Below are positions 1 to 8,027 of a stretch of DNA of 64,000 nucleotides, piece by piece; position 1 is the first letter of the stretch, and each line of letters opens with the position of its first letter. Below the pieces are notes generated by a model. That model worked only from the letters and a program-made list of their open reading frames with translations, did no database searches and had not been told where the DNA came from. This DNA is from an uncultured Lachnospiraceae bacterium. Its GTDB lineage: Bacteria > Bacillota > Clostridia > Lachnospirales > Lachnospiraceae. The stretch spans positions 99,624 through 163,623 of the forward strand of contig CANQMR010000001.1 of the NCBI GenBank assembly GCA_947625015.1. Direction: 5' to 3'. The translations under genes and the position numbers were made by a program.

Positions 1-1
1 T

Positions 2-667
2 AGTGATATTCCGCAAAGTATGGGAGTTTCCTTAATAAATTTCCCGGAGTCTGGTACAGATGGGGATAACGAAAAGTTCAAATGGTATTCTTCTGCCAAA
101 GATGCAGCAAAGGACACAAGCCTTATTGAAGACAGTAAATATTTTGCGGGATATGATACGGCTGAAAAAATTATGGATTTTGAAAATGATGAACAATATA
201 TGGTGATTAATGCGTATAAAAATCCTGAAAATACTGAAAATGATTTTATTTCATTTGTGCTTTACCATAAGCAGCAAGGTCAGTATTCCCAGCCATATTA
301 TATCTTCACTACATGGATTGATTTAAATAATGACGATATGTATAGCTACGATTGTGATGATGCGGCTGCAAGTTTTGCAGCTTTAGAAGATGCAATGGGG
401 CTTACTATGCATATGGGGGACGAGGGGACGGTATATTTTGGCTTTTGGACCAATGAAGGCGAAACGAAATCAATGACCTTTGCAGGCAGGAAAACCGACG
501 GGGTGAAAACAGTTGATTTGTTCGATACCCCCTATTATTTTTGGTATATTACGCTGCCGGATATGGAAAAAAGGCTGCGGAATATAGATTACGGTAACTA
601 CACCTGTCAGGATATGATAGATGCGTTGGAACTTAAGTATGATAAGGATAATACTACGGAAAAATAG
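2..667 (+). CDS. hypothetical protein, probably 5'-truncated by the window edge
   Basis: ORF track 20..667 (215 aa). The frame stays open back to nt 2 and no Shine-Dalgarno precedes ATG 20. D/E/Y/N-rich, no motif recognised. Confidence 0.5.
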   Translation, partial: SDIPQSMGVSLINFPESGTDGDNEKFKWYSSAKDAAKDTSLIEDSKYFAGYDTAEKIMDFENDEQYMVINAYKNPENTENDFISFVLYHKQQGQYSQPYYIFTTWIDLNNDDMYSYDCDDAAASFAALEDAMGLTMHMGDEGTVYFGFWTNEGETKSMTFAGRKTDGVKTVDLFDTPYYFWYITLPDMEKRLRNIDYGNYTCQDMIDALELKYDKDNTTEK

Positions 668-684
668 CCTTTTGTCTATGGATT

Positions 685-2046
685 TCATACCGGAAACTTT
701 CCAAAGCGGTAGTGTATGGTAAACAATACAAACAGCACCAGATTATGCGCAATCATGCAGCCCCAGGCGGATACCAGTCCGAAGCCTAAAAGCTGTGTGC
801 AGAGGAAGGTACCGGTTATCCGGACGCACCACATGCCTGCCACATTGTAGATAAACGGAGGCAGGGTGTTTCCCACGCCCTGCATAATGCCTTCCAGAAC
901 GATAGGCACCCCGTAGAAGGGCTCGGATACGGCTACCATTCTAAGAACGGTAGTACCTAACAGGATTACCTGTTCATCATGGGAAAATATATGCATAAGC
1001 CCGGGCGCAAAGGCAAACAGCAGACCGCCGGAGACAAGCATCAGGCAGGCCTCTAAGGATAATATGACTTTAGAAAGCCGCCCAAGCTTTTCCTTATCCC
1101 CGGCACCCCAGGCGTTGCCGGAGAGGGTGGCTGCCGCCGTCTGCATACCCCAGCCGGGAATATAGAAAGCGGATTCCACCGTATTGGCGATGGTATGGGC
1201 CGCAGTGGATATTTCCCCCAGGGAATTAATCATGGAGGCGAAGACCACATATCCAAAGGAGGTGGCAAAACGCTGCAGCATATTTGGAAGGGTTATCCGG
1301 AGACAGGGCGCTAAGATATCGGCCCTTGGCCGGAGACTTTGCCCCTTTGGGGAGATTTTCTTATGCCGCCAGAGCATACCGCTTATGGCGATACCGCCAA
1401 AGGTGTAGGAGATGGCGCTGGCGATGGCGGCGCCTTCGATTCCCAGACCTGCGCCAACCATAGTAAAGTTATTTCCCAGGATGTTGATTGGCCGTACAGG
1501 ATAAATCAGAAAATAATTTAATACAATATTGATCACATTGACCAAAACCCCGATGCGCATCGGGGTTTTGGTGTCTCCTGCGGCGCGGAGCAGGGTGCCG
1601 AAAATCATGCTGGCAGTACGGAACAGCATGGGGATATACAAAATGAAAAAATAGCGGGAGGCCATGTCTCTGATACCGGAATCCACCTGCATTAAGACGG
1701 GGATTACACCGGACAAGAGCAGGGGAAGGGCAGTAAAAAACAAGCCTGCAAGCAGTACCACATTGACAGCCTGGGCTGCCGCCGCCCTTGCACGCTGATT
1801 GTCGCCTGCGCCGATTGCCTGCGCGATATAAGCCAGAAAACCGATACCCATAGAGGAGACAGTGCCGCCGATTAACCAGTTGACCGTTCCCGTTGCGCCT
1901 ACCGCCGCAGTCGCCTGTGTGCCAAGGGAGCCGACCATTGCCGTATCAATGTATTGTACGGCGGTTTGCGCAAGCTGCTCTAACATGGTAGGCCATGCGA
2001 GAGCAAATATGGAGGGCAGCAGTTCCCGGTAATCGTTCCTGCTCAT
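685..2046 (-). CDS. MATE family efflux transporter
   Basis: 453-aa polytopic membrane protein. N-terminal ALAWPTMLEQL...VQYIDTAMVG pattern is typical of MATE/NorM. ATGA start/stop overlap with the upstream gene at 2043-2046. Confidence 0.85.
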   Translation of the reverse strand: MSRNDYRELLPSIFALAWPTMLEQLAQTAVQYIDTAMVGSLGTQATAAVGATGTVNWLIGGTVSSMGIGFLAYIAQAIGAGDNQRARAAAAQAVNVVLLAGLFFTALPLLLSGVIPVLMQVDSGIRDMASRYFFILYIPMLFRTASMIFGTLLRAAGDTKTPMRIGVLVNVINIVLNYFLIYPVRPINILGNNFTMVGAGLGIEGAAIASAISYTFGGIAISGMLWRHKKISPKGQSLRPRADILAPCLRITLPNMLQRFATSFGYVVFASMINSLGEISTAAHTIANTVESAFYIPGWGMQTAAATLSGNAWGAGDKEKLGRLSKVILSLEACLMLVSGGLLFAFAPGLMHIFSHDEQVILLGTTVLRMVAVSEPFYGVPIVLEGIMQGVGNTLPPFIYNVAGMWCVRITGTFLCTQLLGFGLVSAWGCMIAHNLVLFVLFTIHYRFGKFPV

Positions 2047-2414
2047 TGGGGCTTAGACAGGGAAAAAGTTACGGTGACATTTCCCTTGCCAAGAGCAGAT
2101 AAAAGCCCGTCTTTTGTGGCGTTTTCTATTTTGCCAAGTCTGGTAAAGTTCCAGGAATTGGTGTCGTAATAGATGGTGATTGAGCTGCCGAGATACAAGA
2201 TTACATCTCCGGGCTCTGTCGTAATCTGTTCATCATTTGTCGGGAGGGTCTGGCCGATTTCCCCTACCTTTTCAAAATTGCCATAGTCCTTCATGGAAAT
2301 GGTAAGCGGGGCGCCGACAAGCAGATTGCGAAAGGCGTCTGCACTGGAATTATCCGCAAATACAGCGGTAAAGGTGGTATCACCCGCAGTAATATAAAAA
2401 TTAGTTTGCTTCAT
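2043..2414 (-). CDS. cyclophilin-like fold protein (small family, function unknown)
   Basis: 123 aa. ITAGDTTFTAVFADNSSADAF ... GDVILY ... ITIYY pattern matches my recollection of the cyclophilin-like fold family. Not searched. Confidence 0.65.
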   Translation of the reverse strand: MKQTNFYITAGDTTFTAVFADNSSADAFRNLLVGAPLTISMKDYGNFEKVGEIGQTLPTNDEQITTEPGDVILYLGSSITIYYDTNSWNFTRLGKIENATKDGLLSALGKGNVTVTFSLSKPQ

Positions 2415-3609
2415 GCTTTCTTCCTCCTGTTTTTCCTGTTCCTGCCTTACTCCTGAATTGTTGGATTCCGGTTTTTAAGCGGTTGAGACCGTCCATAAGG
2501 ACAGCGCGGGGGCAGGCGATATTTAACCGCAGAAATGACTGCCCGCATTTACCATATTGTATGCCCTTAGAGACATATAATCCGGTTTCCCGCCGCAAAA
2601 ACTTCTGCAAAGGAGATGCATTTTCACAGATGCCGCCGCAGTCTAACCAGAGAAGATAGGTCGCCTCTGAGGGAACCAGTTTGATGTCAGGAAGTTCTTT
2701 TTCCAGATAGGAAGCCACCGTCAGTTTGTTCTCGTATAGATATTGGCGAAGGGCGTCCAGCCAGCCGCCGCCTTTGGTAAAAGCGGCAATGGCAGCCGGA
2801 ATGGCAAAGGAATTGGGCTCTGCCACCTCGTCCGTATTCAGTCCCCGGTCCACCTTGTGCCGCAGGACTTCATTGGGAACGCAGACCGCTGCGGTCTGAA
2901 GCCCGGCAAGGTTAAAGGCTTTTGTGGGGGCGATACAGGTAATGCTGTTGTATTTACATTCTTCATTGACGGAGGCAAAGGGAATATAATCCCGTCCCGG
3001 ATCTGTCAAATCACAGTGTATCTCGTCGGAGACCACCAGTACATGATATCTGGCGGCAAGCTGTCCGATGAGGGCTAAGGTTTCCCTGTCCCAGATTTTT
3101 CCGATAGGGTTGTGGGGGTTGCACAGAATCATCATGGTGGTCTGGGGAAGGGACAGCTTTTCTTCCAAATCCGCAAAATCAATGGAATATTGTTCTCCGT
3201 CATATGCAAGCGGGCTTTCTAAGACATTCCGCCCGTTATTTACAATGGAATTGAAAAAAATGTTGTATACCGGCGTCTGAATCACTACATTTTCTCCTAC
3301 CGTAGTCAGCTTTCTCACAATGGAGGAGAGGGCGGGGATAACGCCGGTACAGAAGATAAGCCAGTCCTTTTCCATCAAAAATCCATGGCGGGTATGCCAC
3401 CAGCGCTGAATGGCTTCGTACCACGCATCCGGGACAATGGAGTAGCCGAACACGCCATGGGTAAGGCATTGCGCCATAGCCTCCCGGATTTCCGGAGCCG
3501 TCTGGAAATCCATATCCGCTACCCACATGGGAAGCTCATTATCCTTTATCTCCCATTTCAGCGAGTTTGTTCCGAAACGGTTGACCGGAGTGTCAAAATC
3601 ATAGTTCAT
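2401..3609 (-). CDS. patB: PatB/MalY-type PLP-dependent C-S lyase (aminotransferase class I/II fold)
   Basis: N-terminus YDFDTPVNRFGTNSLKWE, SDEIHCDL, and PLP-lysine region APTKAFNLAGL. ATG at 3609 has AAGGAGG 7 nt upstream and overlaps the upstream stop (TGATG). Confidence 0.85.
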   Translation of the reverse strand: MNYDFDTPVNRFGTNSLKWEIKDNELPMWVADMDFQTAPEIREAMAQCLTHGVFGYSIVPDAWYEAIQRWWHTRHGFLMEKDWLIFCTGVIPALSSIVRKLTTVGENVVIQTPVYNIFFNSIVNNGRNVLESPLAYDGEQYSIDFADLEEKLSLPQTTMMILCNPHNPIGKIWDRETLALIGQLAARYHVLVVSDEIHCDLTDPGRDYIPFASVNEECKYNSITCIAPTKAFNLAGLQTAAVCVPNEVLRHKVDRGLNTDEVAEPNSFAIPAAIAAFTKGGGWLDALRQYLYENKLTVASYLEKELPDIKLVPSEATYLLWLDCGGICENASPLQKFLRRETGLYVSKGIQYGKCGQSFLRLNIACPRAVLMDGLNRLKTGIQQFRSKAGTGKTGGRKHEAN

Positions 3610-4469
3610 CAGCACACCTCCTTGCAGGGATTGCTGCGGCAGATAATCTTTGTCTTAGCGGGATTAATCTTATCCTTTTCCAAAATCAGCTCGCCAATGC
3701 TGTCGGCAGAGATAGAGCCGCCGGAAGGATTCATCACGCTGTCGATATTTCCGGTAATGTCAGCCTCTAAAGTGGAATATTCAAAGGCAAGCGTGGTATT
3801 TATCAGCTTGCAGTTTTTCATCACAAGGTTATCAATATAGCACATGCCCTGAAGGCTTTCCACAGTACAATTTATCAAAGTCAGGTTCTTTGCATTCCAG
3901 CCCAGATATTCGCCGGAAATGAAGGAATCGCGGACGGTAACATTTTCACTGTTCCAGAAGGCGTCCTTCGACAACAGCTTAGAGTTACGGATTTCCATAT
4001 TCCGCACCCCGTCAAAGGAATAGTTGCCGTATAAGGTCAGGTTGTCGATAGTCAGGTCTGCACAGTTCATGGCAAAATAATCGCCCTTTGCCACCACCTG
4101 TTCTAACTGCACATTCCGGCAGTTCCACAGGGTTTCTGCGGCGTCGGAAAATGAGACATTCCGAAGGGTAATCCCGTCACAGCGGCGGAAATTCTTCGGC
4201 GCCTCAATCCGGCAGTCCTCTAAAATGATGTTATTGGTGTACCAAACGCCGGCCCTTGCCATTTCAAACCAGGTGCAGTCTTTGGCGTATATGTTTTTGG
4301 CATACCACAGGGGGTACTTCCATTTAAACATACTGTTATAAAGTTTAATGTCGGAGCTTTCCTTAAGCGGAGATTCCCCTTCGCCGAAAATGGTGTCCTG
4401 TATGGTAAGGCCGCATTCCCCGAATAAAGGACGCTCGCCCGTATAAAATGCCTGTTTAATCGTTTTCAT
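3609..4469 (-). CDS. DUF3737 family protein (repetitive beta-helix-like)
   Basis: 286 aa. GERPLF...GESPLKES...KYPLWY...DAFWNSENVTV...GEYLGWN...LQGMCYI pattern recalled as DUF3737. Internally repetitive N/D-rich turns. Confidence 0.7.
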   Translation of the reverse strand: MKTIKQAFYTGERPLFGECGLTIQDTIFGEGESPLKESSDIKLYNSMFKWKYPLWYAKNIYAKDCTWFEMARAGVWYTNNIILEDCRIEAPKNFRRCDGITLRNVSFSDAAETLWNCRNVQLEQVVAKGDYFAMNCADLTIDNLTLYGNYSFDGVRNMEIRNSKLLSKDAFWNSENVTVRDSFISGEYLGWNAKNLTLINCTVESLQGMCYIDNLVMKNCKLINTTLAFEYSTLEADITGNIDSVMNPSGGSISADSIGELILEKDKINPAKTKIICRSNPCKEVC

Positions 4470-4489
4470 ATTTTTTCTCCTGTCACTGA

Positions 4490-4744
4490 TTAATTATTTC
4501 TTTGCGAAAGACTTTCCTGCTCCATGCGGAAGATTAGATAGTCTAAGCAGTCAATGCTGTTCTTGCTCTTATGGAACTGGTCTAAAAGAAGTTTTCTATG
4601 TCCGGCTAACAGTTTTAGGGCCTGTTTGGTTCTGCCGCTCTCAACCTCTGCCATAAATTGCCGGATTTCGGATTGGCTGCAGCCAGCATCTTTCAGGTTT
4701 TGGATTAGCTTTTCAGTTTCTGTTTCCCCAGTCGTATGAACCAC
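4490..4744 (-). CDS. small hypothetical protein (84 aa, predicted helical)
   Basis: ORF lies 20 nt upstream of the DUF3737 gene on the same strand and is the first gene of the minus-strand operon. No motif recognised. Confidence 0.5.
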   Translation of the reverse strand: MVHTTGETETEKLIQNLKDAGCSQSEIRQFMAEVESGRTKQALKLLAGHRKLLLDQFHKSKNSIDCLDYLIFRMEQESLSQRNN

Positions 4745-4817
4745 CTCTTTGCATTGTTATTTTCATCTGCTATTATAGTATTTTTTAAGAAAATAGCAAA
4801 TGCTTATAATGAATAGT

Positions 4818-4842
4818 TTATTATGCTTGATAAGCATAATAA
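4818..4842. promoter_or_regulatory. candidate LysR-type operator: inverted repeat TTATTATGCTT-N3-AAGCATAATAA containing a T-N11-A core
   Basis: Perfect 11-bp arms in the divergent intergenic region between the LTTR gene and the operon. An extra ATGCTTAT half-site lies at 4799-4806. Confidence 0.5.
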
Positions 4843-4889
4843 GTAAGAGTATAATAATTACAGCAATACAGTAAAGGAGGGCGGTTGTT

Positions 4890-5786
4890 ATGGAGCTGCG
4901 CGTATTGGAATATTTTCTGGCGGTGGCAAGGGAACAGAATATCTCAAAGGCTGCGGAATATCTGCATTTAACCCAGCCTACTTTATCCCGGCAGTTAAAG
5001 GATTTGGAGGCGGAGTTTGGAAAGCAGCTTATGATTCGGGGCAAACGGAAGGTGACGCTGACAGAAGACGGCGTATATTTCCGCAAGCGGGCGGAGGAGA
5101 TTGTAAGCCTTGCCAACCGCACCAGGGAGGAAATGAGAACATCAGGGGAGGCCATTGCCGGGGATATCTATATTGGGGCAGGGGAAACCCACGCCATACA
5201 CCATATTGCCAGGGTGGTAAAGGAGTTACAGGAGGAATATGAGGGAATCCGTTTTCATATTGTCAGCGGGGATACGGCGGATTTGCAGGAGCGGTTAGAT
5301 AAGGGGCTGTTTGATTTCTGCCTGCTGTTAGGGGGGATTGACCAGTCCAGATATGAATATCTTAAACTGCCTTTTGTGGACAGATGGGGCGTATTGATGC
5401 ATCGGGATTCGGCCCTTGCCAAAAAGGAGAGCATAAGTCCGGAAGATTTATGGGACAAGCCCCTTATTTTATCCCGTCAGATATTAGACGAGCCCCAGCT
5501 TTATAATTGGTTCGGCAAGCCTTTTTCGGATTTGCATATAGTTGCCACATACAACCTGATTAACAATGCCTCCATTATGGCAATGGAGGATATGGGATAT
5601 GTGGTGACATTGGACAAGCTGGTCAATGTAAAGGGGCGCGCCTTGTGTTTCCGGCCCTTTTCCCCGGAACGGACAGTGGGAATGGCCTTAGTCTGGAAAA
5701 AGTACCAGACGCAGTCCAAGGCGGCGGGGAGGTTTTTAGAGGCGCTAAGCAGTGCAATTACCAGTGGAAAATTCGTTGAAAAGTAA
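4890..5786 (+). CDS. LysR family transcriptional regulator
   Basis: 298 aa. Canonical LTTR wHTH MELRVLEYFLAVAREQNISKAAEYLHLTQPTLSRQLKDLE. AAAGGAGG upstream. Divergent from the 685-4744 operon. Confidence 0.92.
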   Translation: MELRVLEYFLAVAREQNISKAAEYLHLTQPTLSRQLKDLEAEFGKQLMIRGKRKVTLTEDGVYFRKRAEEIVSLANRTREEMRTSGEAIAGDIYIGAGETHAIHHIARVVKELQEEYEGIRFHIVSGDTADLQERLDKGLFDFCLLLGGIDQSRYEYLKLPFVDRWGVLMHRDSALAKKESISPEDLWDKPLILSRQILDEPQLYNWFGKPFSDLHIVATYNLINNASIMAMEDMGYVVTLDKLVNVKGRALCFRPFSPERTVGMALVWKKYQTQSKAAGRFLEALSSAITSGKFVEK

Positions 5787-5807
5787 ACAGATATTGCTTG
5801 TAGGATT

Positions 5808-5847
5808 TGTGGTAAAAATGTATAATTGATATAGTGATTTTACCACA
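5808..5847. promoter_or_regulatory. inverted repeat TGTGGTAAAA-N20-TTTTACCACA enclosing a TATAAT box (5821-5826)
   Basis: Perfect 10-bp arms read directly from the sequence, located 36 nt upstream of the response-regulator start. Confidence 0.4.
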
Positions 5848-5882
5848 TATTGAACAGATGCTTCAAAGAAAGAAGGGATACC

Positions 5883-6596
5883 ATGAAACTGCAAAATGCA
5901 ATCGAAATCGCAATCTGTGATGATGATAAAGAAATGCTTGAGCAGTTGAAAAGGATGGTACAGACATTGATGTCCGAAAAAAATGTTCCATGCCAAATAC
6001 ATTGTTTTTTATCAGGAATGGATTTACTGGCTGGCGCGGATATATTTGACCTGGTGTTTTTGGATATTGAGATGCCGGAGGTGGACGGGATTGAAACTGG
6101 GTTGGCATTGAGAAGGAAAAACCCAAAATGCAAGATTATTATGGCAAGCGGTATGGTAGAACGGATGAAAGAGGGATATAAGCTACAGGCATTGCGGTTT
6201 ATCACCAAACCCTATGAGATGCCGGAATTAGAGGAAGCAGTAACGGAATATTGTAACCGCCTTATTGGAATGGAGGAAGTGGAGGTTTATAAAGACCGGC
6301 AAATGTATTCCTTTAAACAGAGAGATATCGCTTACCTTGCCTCCGTTGACAGCTATATTGAAATTTCGGTAAACGGTATCCTGTACCGGAAGAAAACCTC
6401 TCTGCGCATAATGGAGCAGGAGTTAGATGAGAGATGCTTTTTCCGAATTCATAACCAGTATATTGTGAATTTGTATTATGTTAATGATTATAAAAAGGGA
6501 ATTGTCTTTTTAAAAGAAAAGGAACTGCCCGTTTCCAGAAAAAATCAAACTGCCTTTGAGAAAGCATACAGAGAATTTGATTTGTACTACAGGTAA
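5883..6596 (+). CDS. LytTR-family response regulator (AgrA/ComE-like)
   Basis: Receiver domain (ICDDD, FLDIEMPEVDG, ITKP) plus C-terminal LytTR domain (FFRIHNQYIVNL). ATG 5883 is preceded by AAGGGA; the longer ORF-track start at 5850 lacks an RBS. Confidence 0.9.
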   Translation: MKLQNAIEIAICDDDKEMLEQLKRMVQTLMSEKNVPCQIHCFLSGMDLLAGADIFDLVFLDIEMPEVDGIETGLALRRKNPKCKIIMASGMVERMKEGYKLQALRFITKPYEMPELEEAVTEYCNRLIGMEEVEVYKDRQMYSFKQRDIAYLASVDSYIEISVNGILYRKKTSLRIMEQELDERCFFRIHNQYIVNLYYVNDYKKGIVFLKEKELPVSRKNQTAFEKAYREFDLYYR

Positions 6597-6601
6597 CGAA
6601 T

Positions 6602-7906
6602 ATGATAGGAAAAACAGAGTTAATATTTCAATTTGGAATTGAATTAGCAAAATACATGACCGGACTTATGCTGTTATTTGGAGGTCAGATAAGACGCAGA
6701 TGGCTGGGTGTGTTTTTTTCTATTGGTTATTGTCTGATACTTTTTACAACCAGTCTGCCGCGCTTAGACTATGAATTGCTGATATTTCTCTTAATCATTA
6801 TCATTCCATTTATGACAGTAAAACGCCCGGAACATAAGAAAATAGGATGGTTTCCGGTCTGTATGGCTATATTGATTTATGTAAATGAGCTTGTTGCCGC
6901 CATGATAAGAGCCTGCTCCTATTACTGGTGGAATTGGTCGGAGGAAACGCAGAGCTTTTTTGGCAGTATCATAAGTTTTCTAGTGGTAATGGCCGCAGTT
7001 TTGATTAAAAAACATTTTAAAGGATATTTTTTTGAAGAGAAACGGCTGAATCATTTGCAGACGGTAATGATGATTGTCCTGGTCTTTGTTGTTGCAGAAT
7101 TATTATTCATAATGGTTGGGTTTAACTATGTGACCAGCCGGAGCAGCAACGAGAGATATTATTCTTTTGGATTGGTGTTGACGATTTTATCTATATTGAG
7201 CATAGGATTTTTAATGACCTTTGTTTTTTATACCCGCTTTAATTATGAAAAGATGAAACGAATGTTGAAAACAGAAGAAAAGCTGCAACAGCAGCAGGTA
7301 CAATATTATGAAATGCTTTTGGAAAAAGAGGAGGCGACCAGACGGTACAGGCATGATATGTCCAAGCATCTAATCTGTCTGAAGGATTTGATTCATGAAA
7401 CGAGCTATAAAAAGGCGGAAAGTTACATTGACGGCTTATATGAGAATATGGAACGCATTCGTTCCCACAATTTTGTCACCGGCAATAATATAGTAGATGC
7501 AATCTTAAATTATTATCTTGCGCCATTTAAAGATTGCTCATGGATTACCATAACCGGGGGCTTTGATGCCCGTCTGGCGCTTTCGGATATAGATATCTGT
7601 ACGATTTTTTCCAATTTAATCCAAAATGCAGTGGAGGCGGTAAAGCAGCAGCCGGAGGAACAGAGATTTCTTCATATTGAGTTCAGAGGCGGTGAGCGTT
7701 ACATACAAATCAGGATAGCAAACAGCGCAGATAAAGCCGGTATGCGGTTTGCAGGGGGTGGTGCGCTTAAGACCAATAAGGAGGATTCTAAGAGCCACGG
7801 TATTGGCTTGCAAAATGTACGGGAAACGGTTGCAAAGAATAACGGAGAATTTCATTGCAAGGTATCAGAACATGAATTTATATGTACAGTAGAATTTCAG
7901 ATATAA
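6602..7906 (+). CDS. AgrC-like GHKL sensor histidine kinase
   Basis: About 6-7 N-terminal TM helices, phospho-His region YRHDMSKHL, N-box NLIQNAVEA, G-box SHGIGLQNV. Lies 5 nt after the RR gene. Confidence 0.88.
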   Translation: MIGKTELIFQFGIELAKYMTGLMLLFGGQIRRRWLGVFFSIGYCLILFTTSLPRLDYELLIFLLIIIIPFMTVKRPEHKKIGWFPVCMAILIYVNELVAAMIRACSYYWWNWSEETQSFFGSIISFLVVMAAVLIKKHFKGYFFEEKRLNHLQTVMMIVLVFVVAELLFIMVGFNYVTSRSSNERYYSFGLVLTILSILSIGFLMTFVFYTRFNYEKMKRMLKTEEKLQQQQVQYYEMLLEKEEATRRYRHDMSKHLICLKDLIHETSYKKAESYIDGLYENMERIRSHNFVTGNNIVDAILNYYLAPFKDCSWITITGGFDARLALSDIDICTIFSNLIQNAVEAVKQQPEEQRFLHIEFRGGERYIQIRIANSADKAGMRFAGGGALKTNKEDSKSHGIGLQNVRETVAKNNGEFHCKVSEHEFICTVEFQI

Positions 7907-7944
7907 AATACCAAAAACGGACTTAAAATACCGAAAACGGACTT
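7905..7944 (+). repeat. tandem 20-bp direct repeat AAAATACC(A/G)AAAACGGACTT x2, a candidate LytTR binding site
   Basis: Units 7905-7924 and 7925-7944 differ at one position. The repeat starts inside the HK stop codon and ends 4 nt before a TTGACA. Confidence 0.7.
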
Positions 7945-7948
7945 ATCC

Positions 7949-7977
7949 TTGACATTCATCATTTCACATACTAACTT
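7949..7977 (+). promoter_or_regulatory. candidate activator-dependent promoter: TTGACA with only weak -10 options
   Basis: TTGACA at 7949-7954. The best -10 candidates are TACTAA (14-nt spacer) or TAACTT (17-nt spacer, 7972-7977). A poor -10 is typical of activator-dependent promoters. Confidence 0.35.
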
Positions 7978-8027
7978 TTGAGAAAAGAAAGACAACTATT
8001 ACACTTGAAAAGGAATAAATATGTAAT

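Noticed and set aside
6659-6669. Extra copy of CGGACTTAT (part of the 20-bp repeat unit) inside the 5' end of the kinase gene
   Set aside because: It is a single 9-mer without the ATACC half or a partner repeat. A chance 9-mer match in 64 kb on two strands is expected at roughly even odds.
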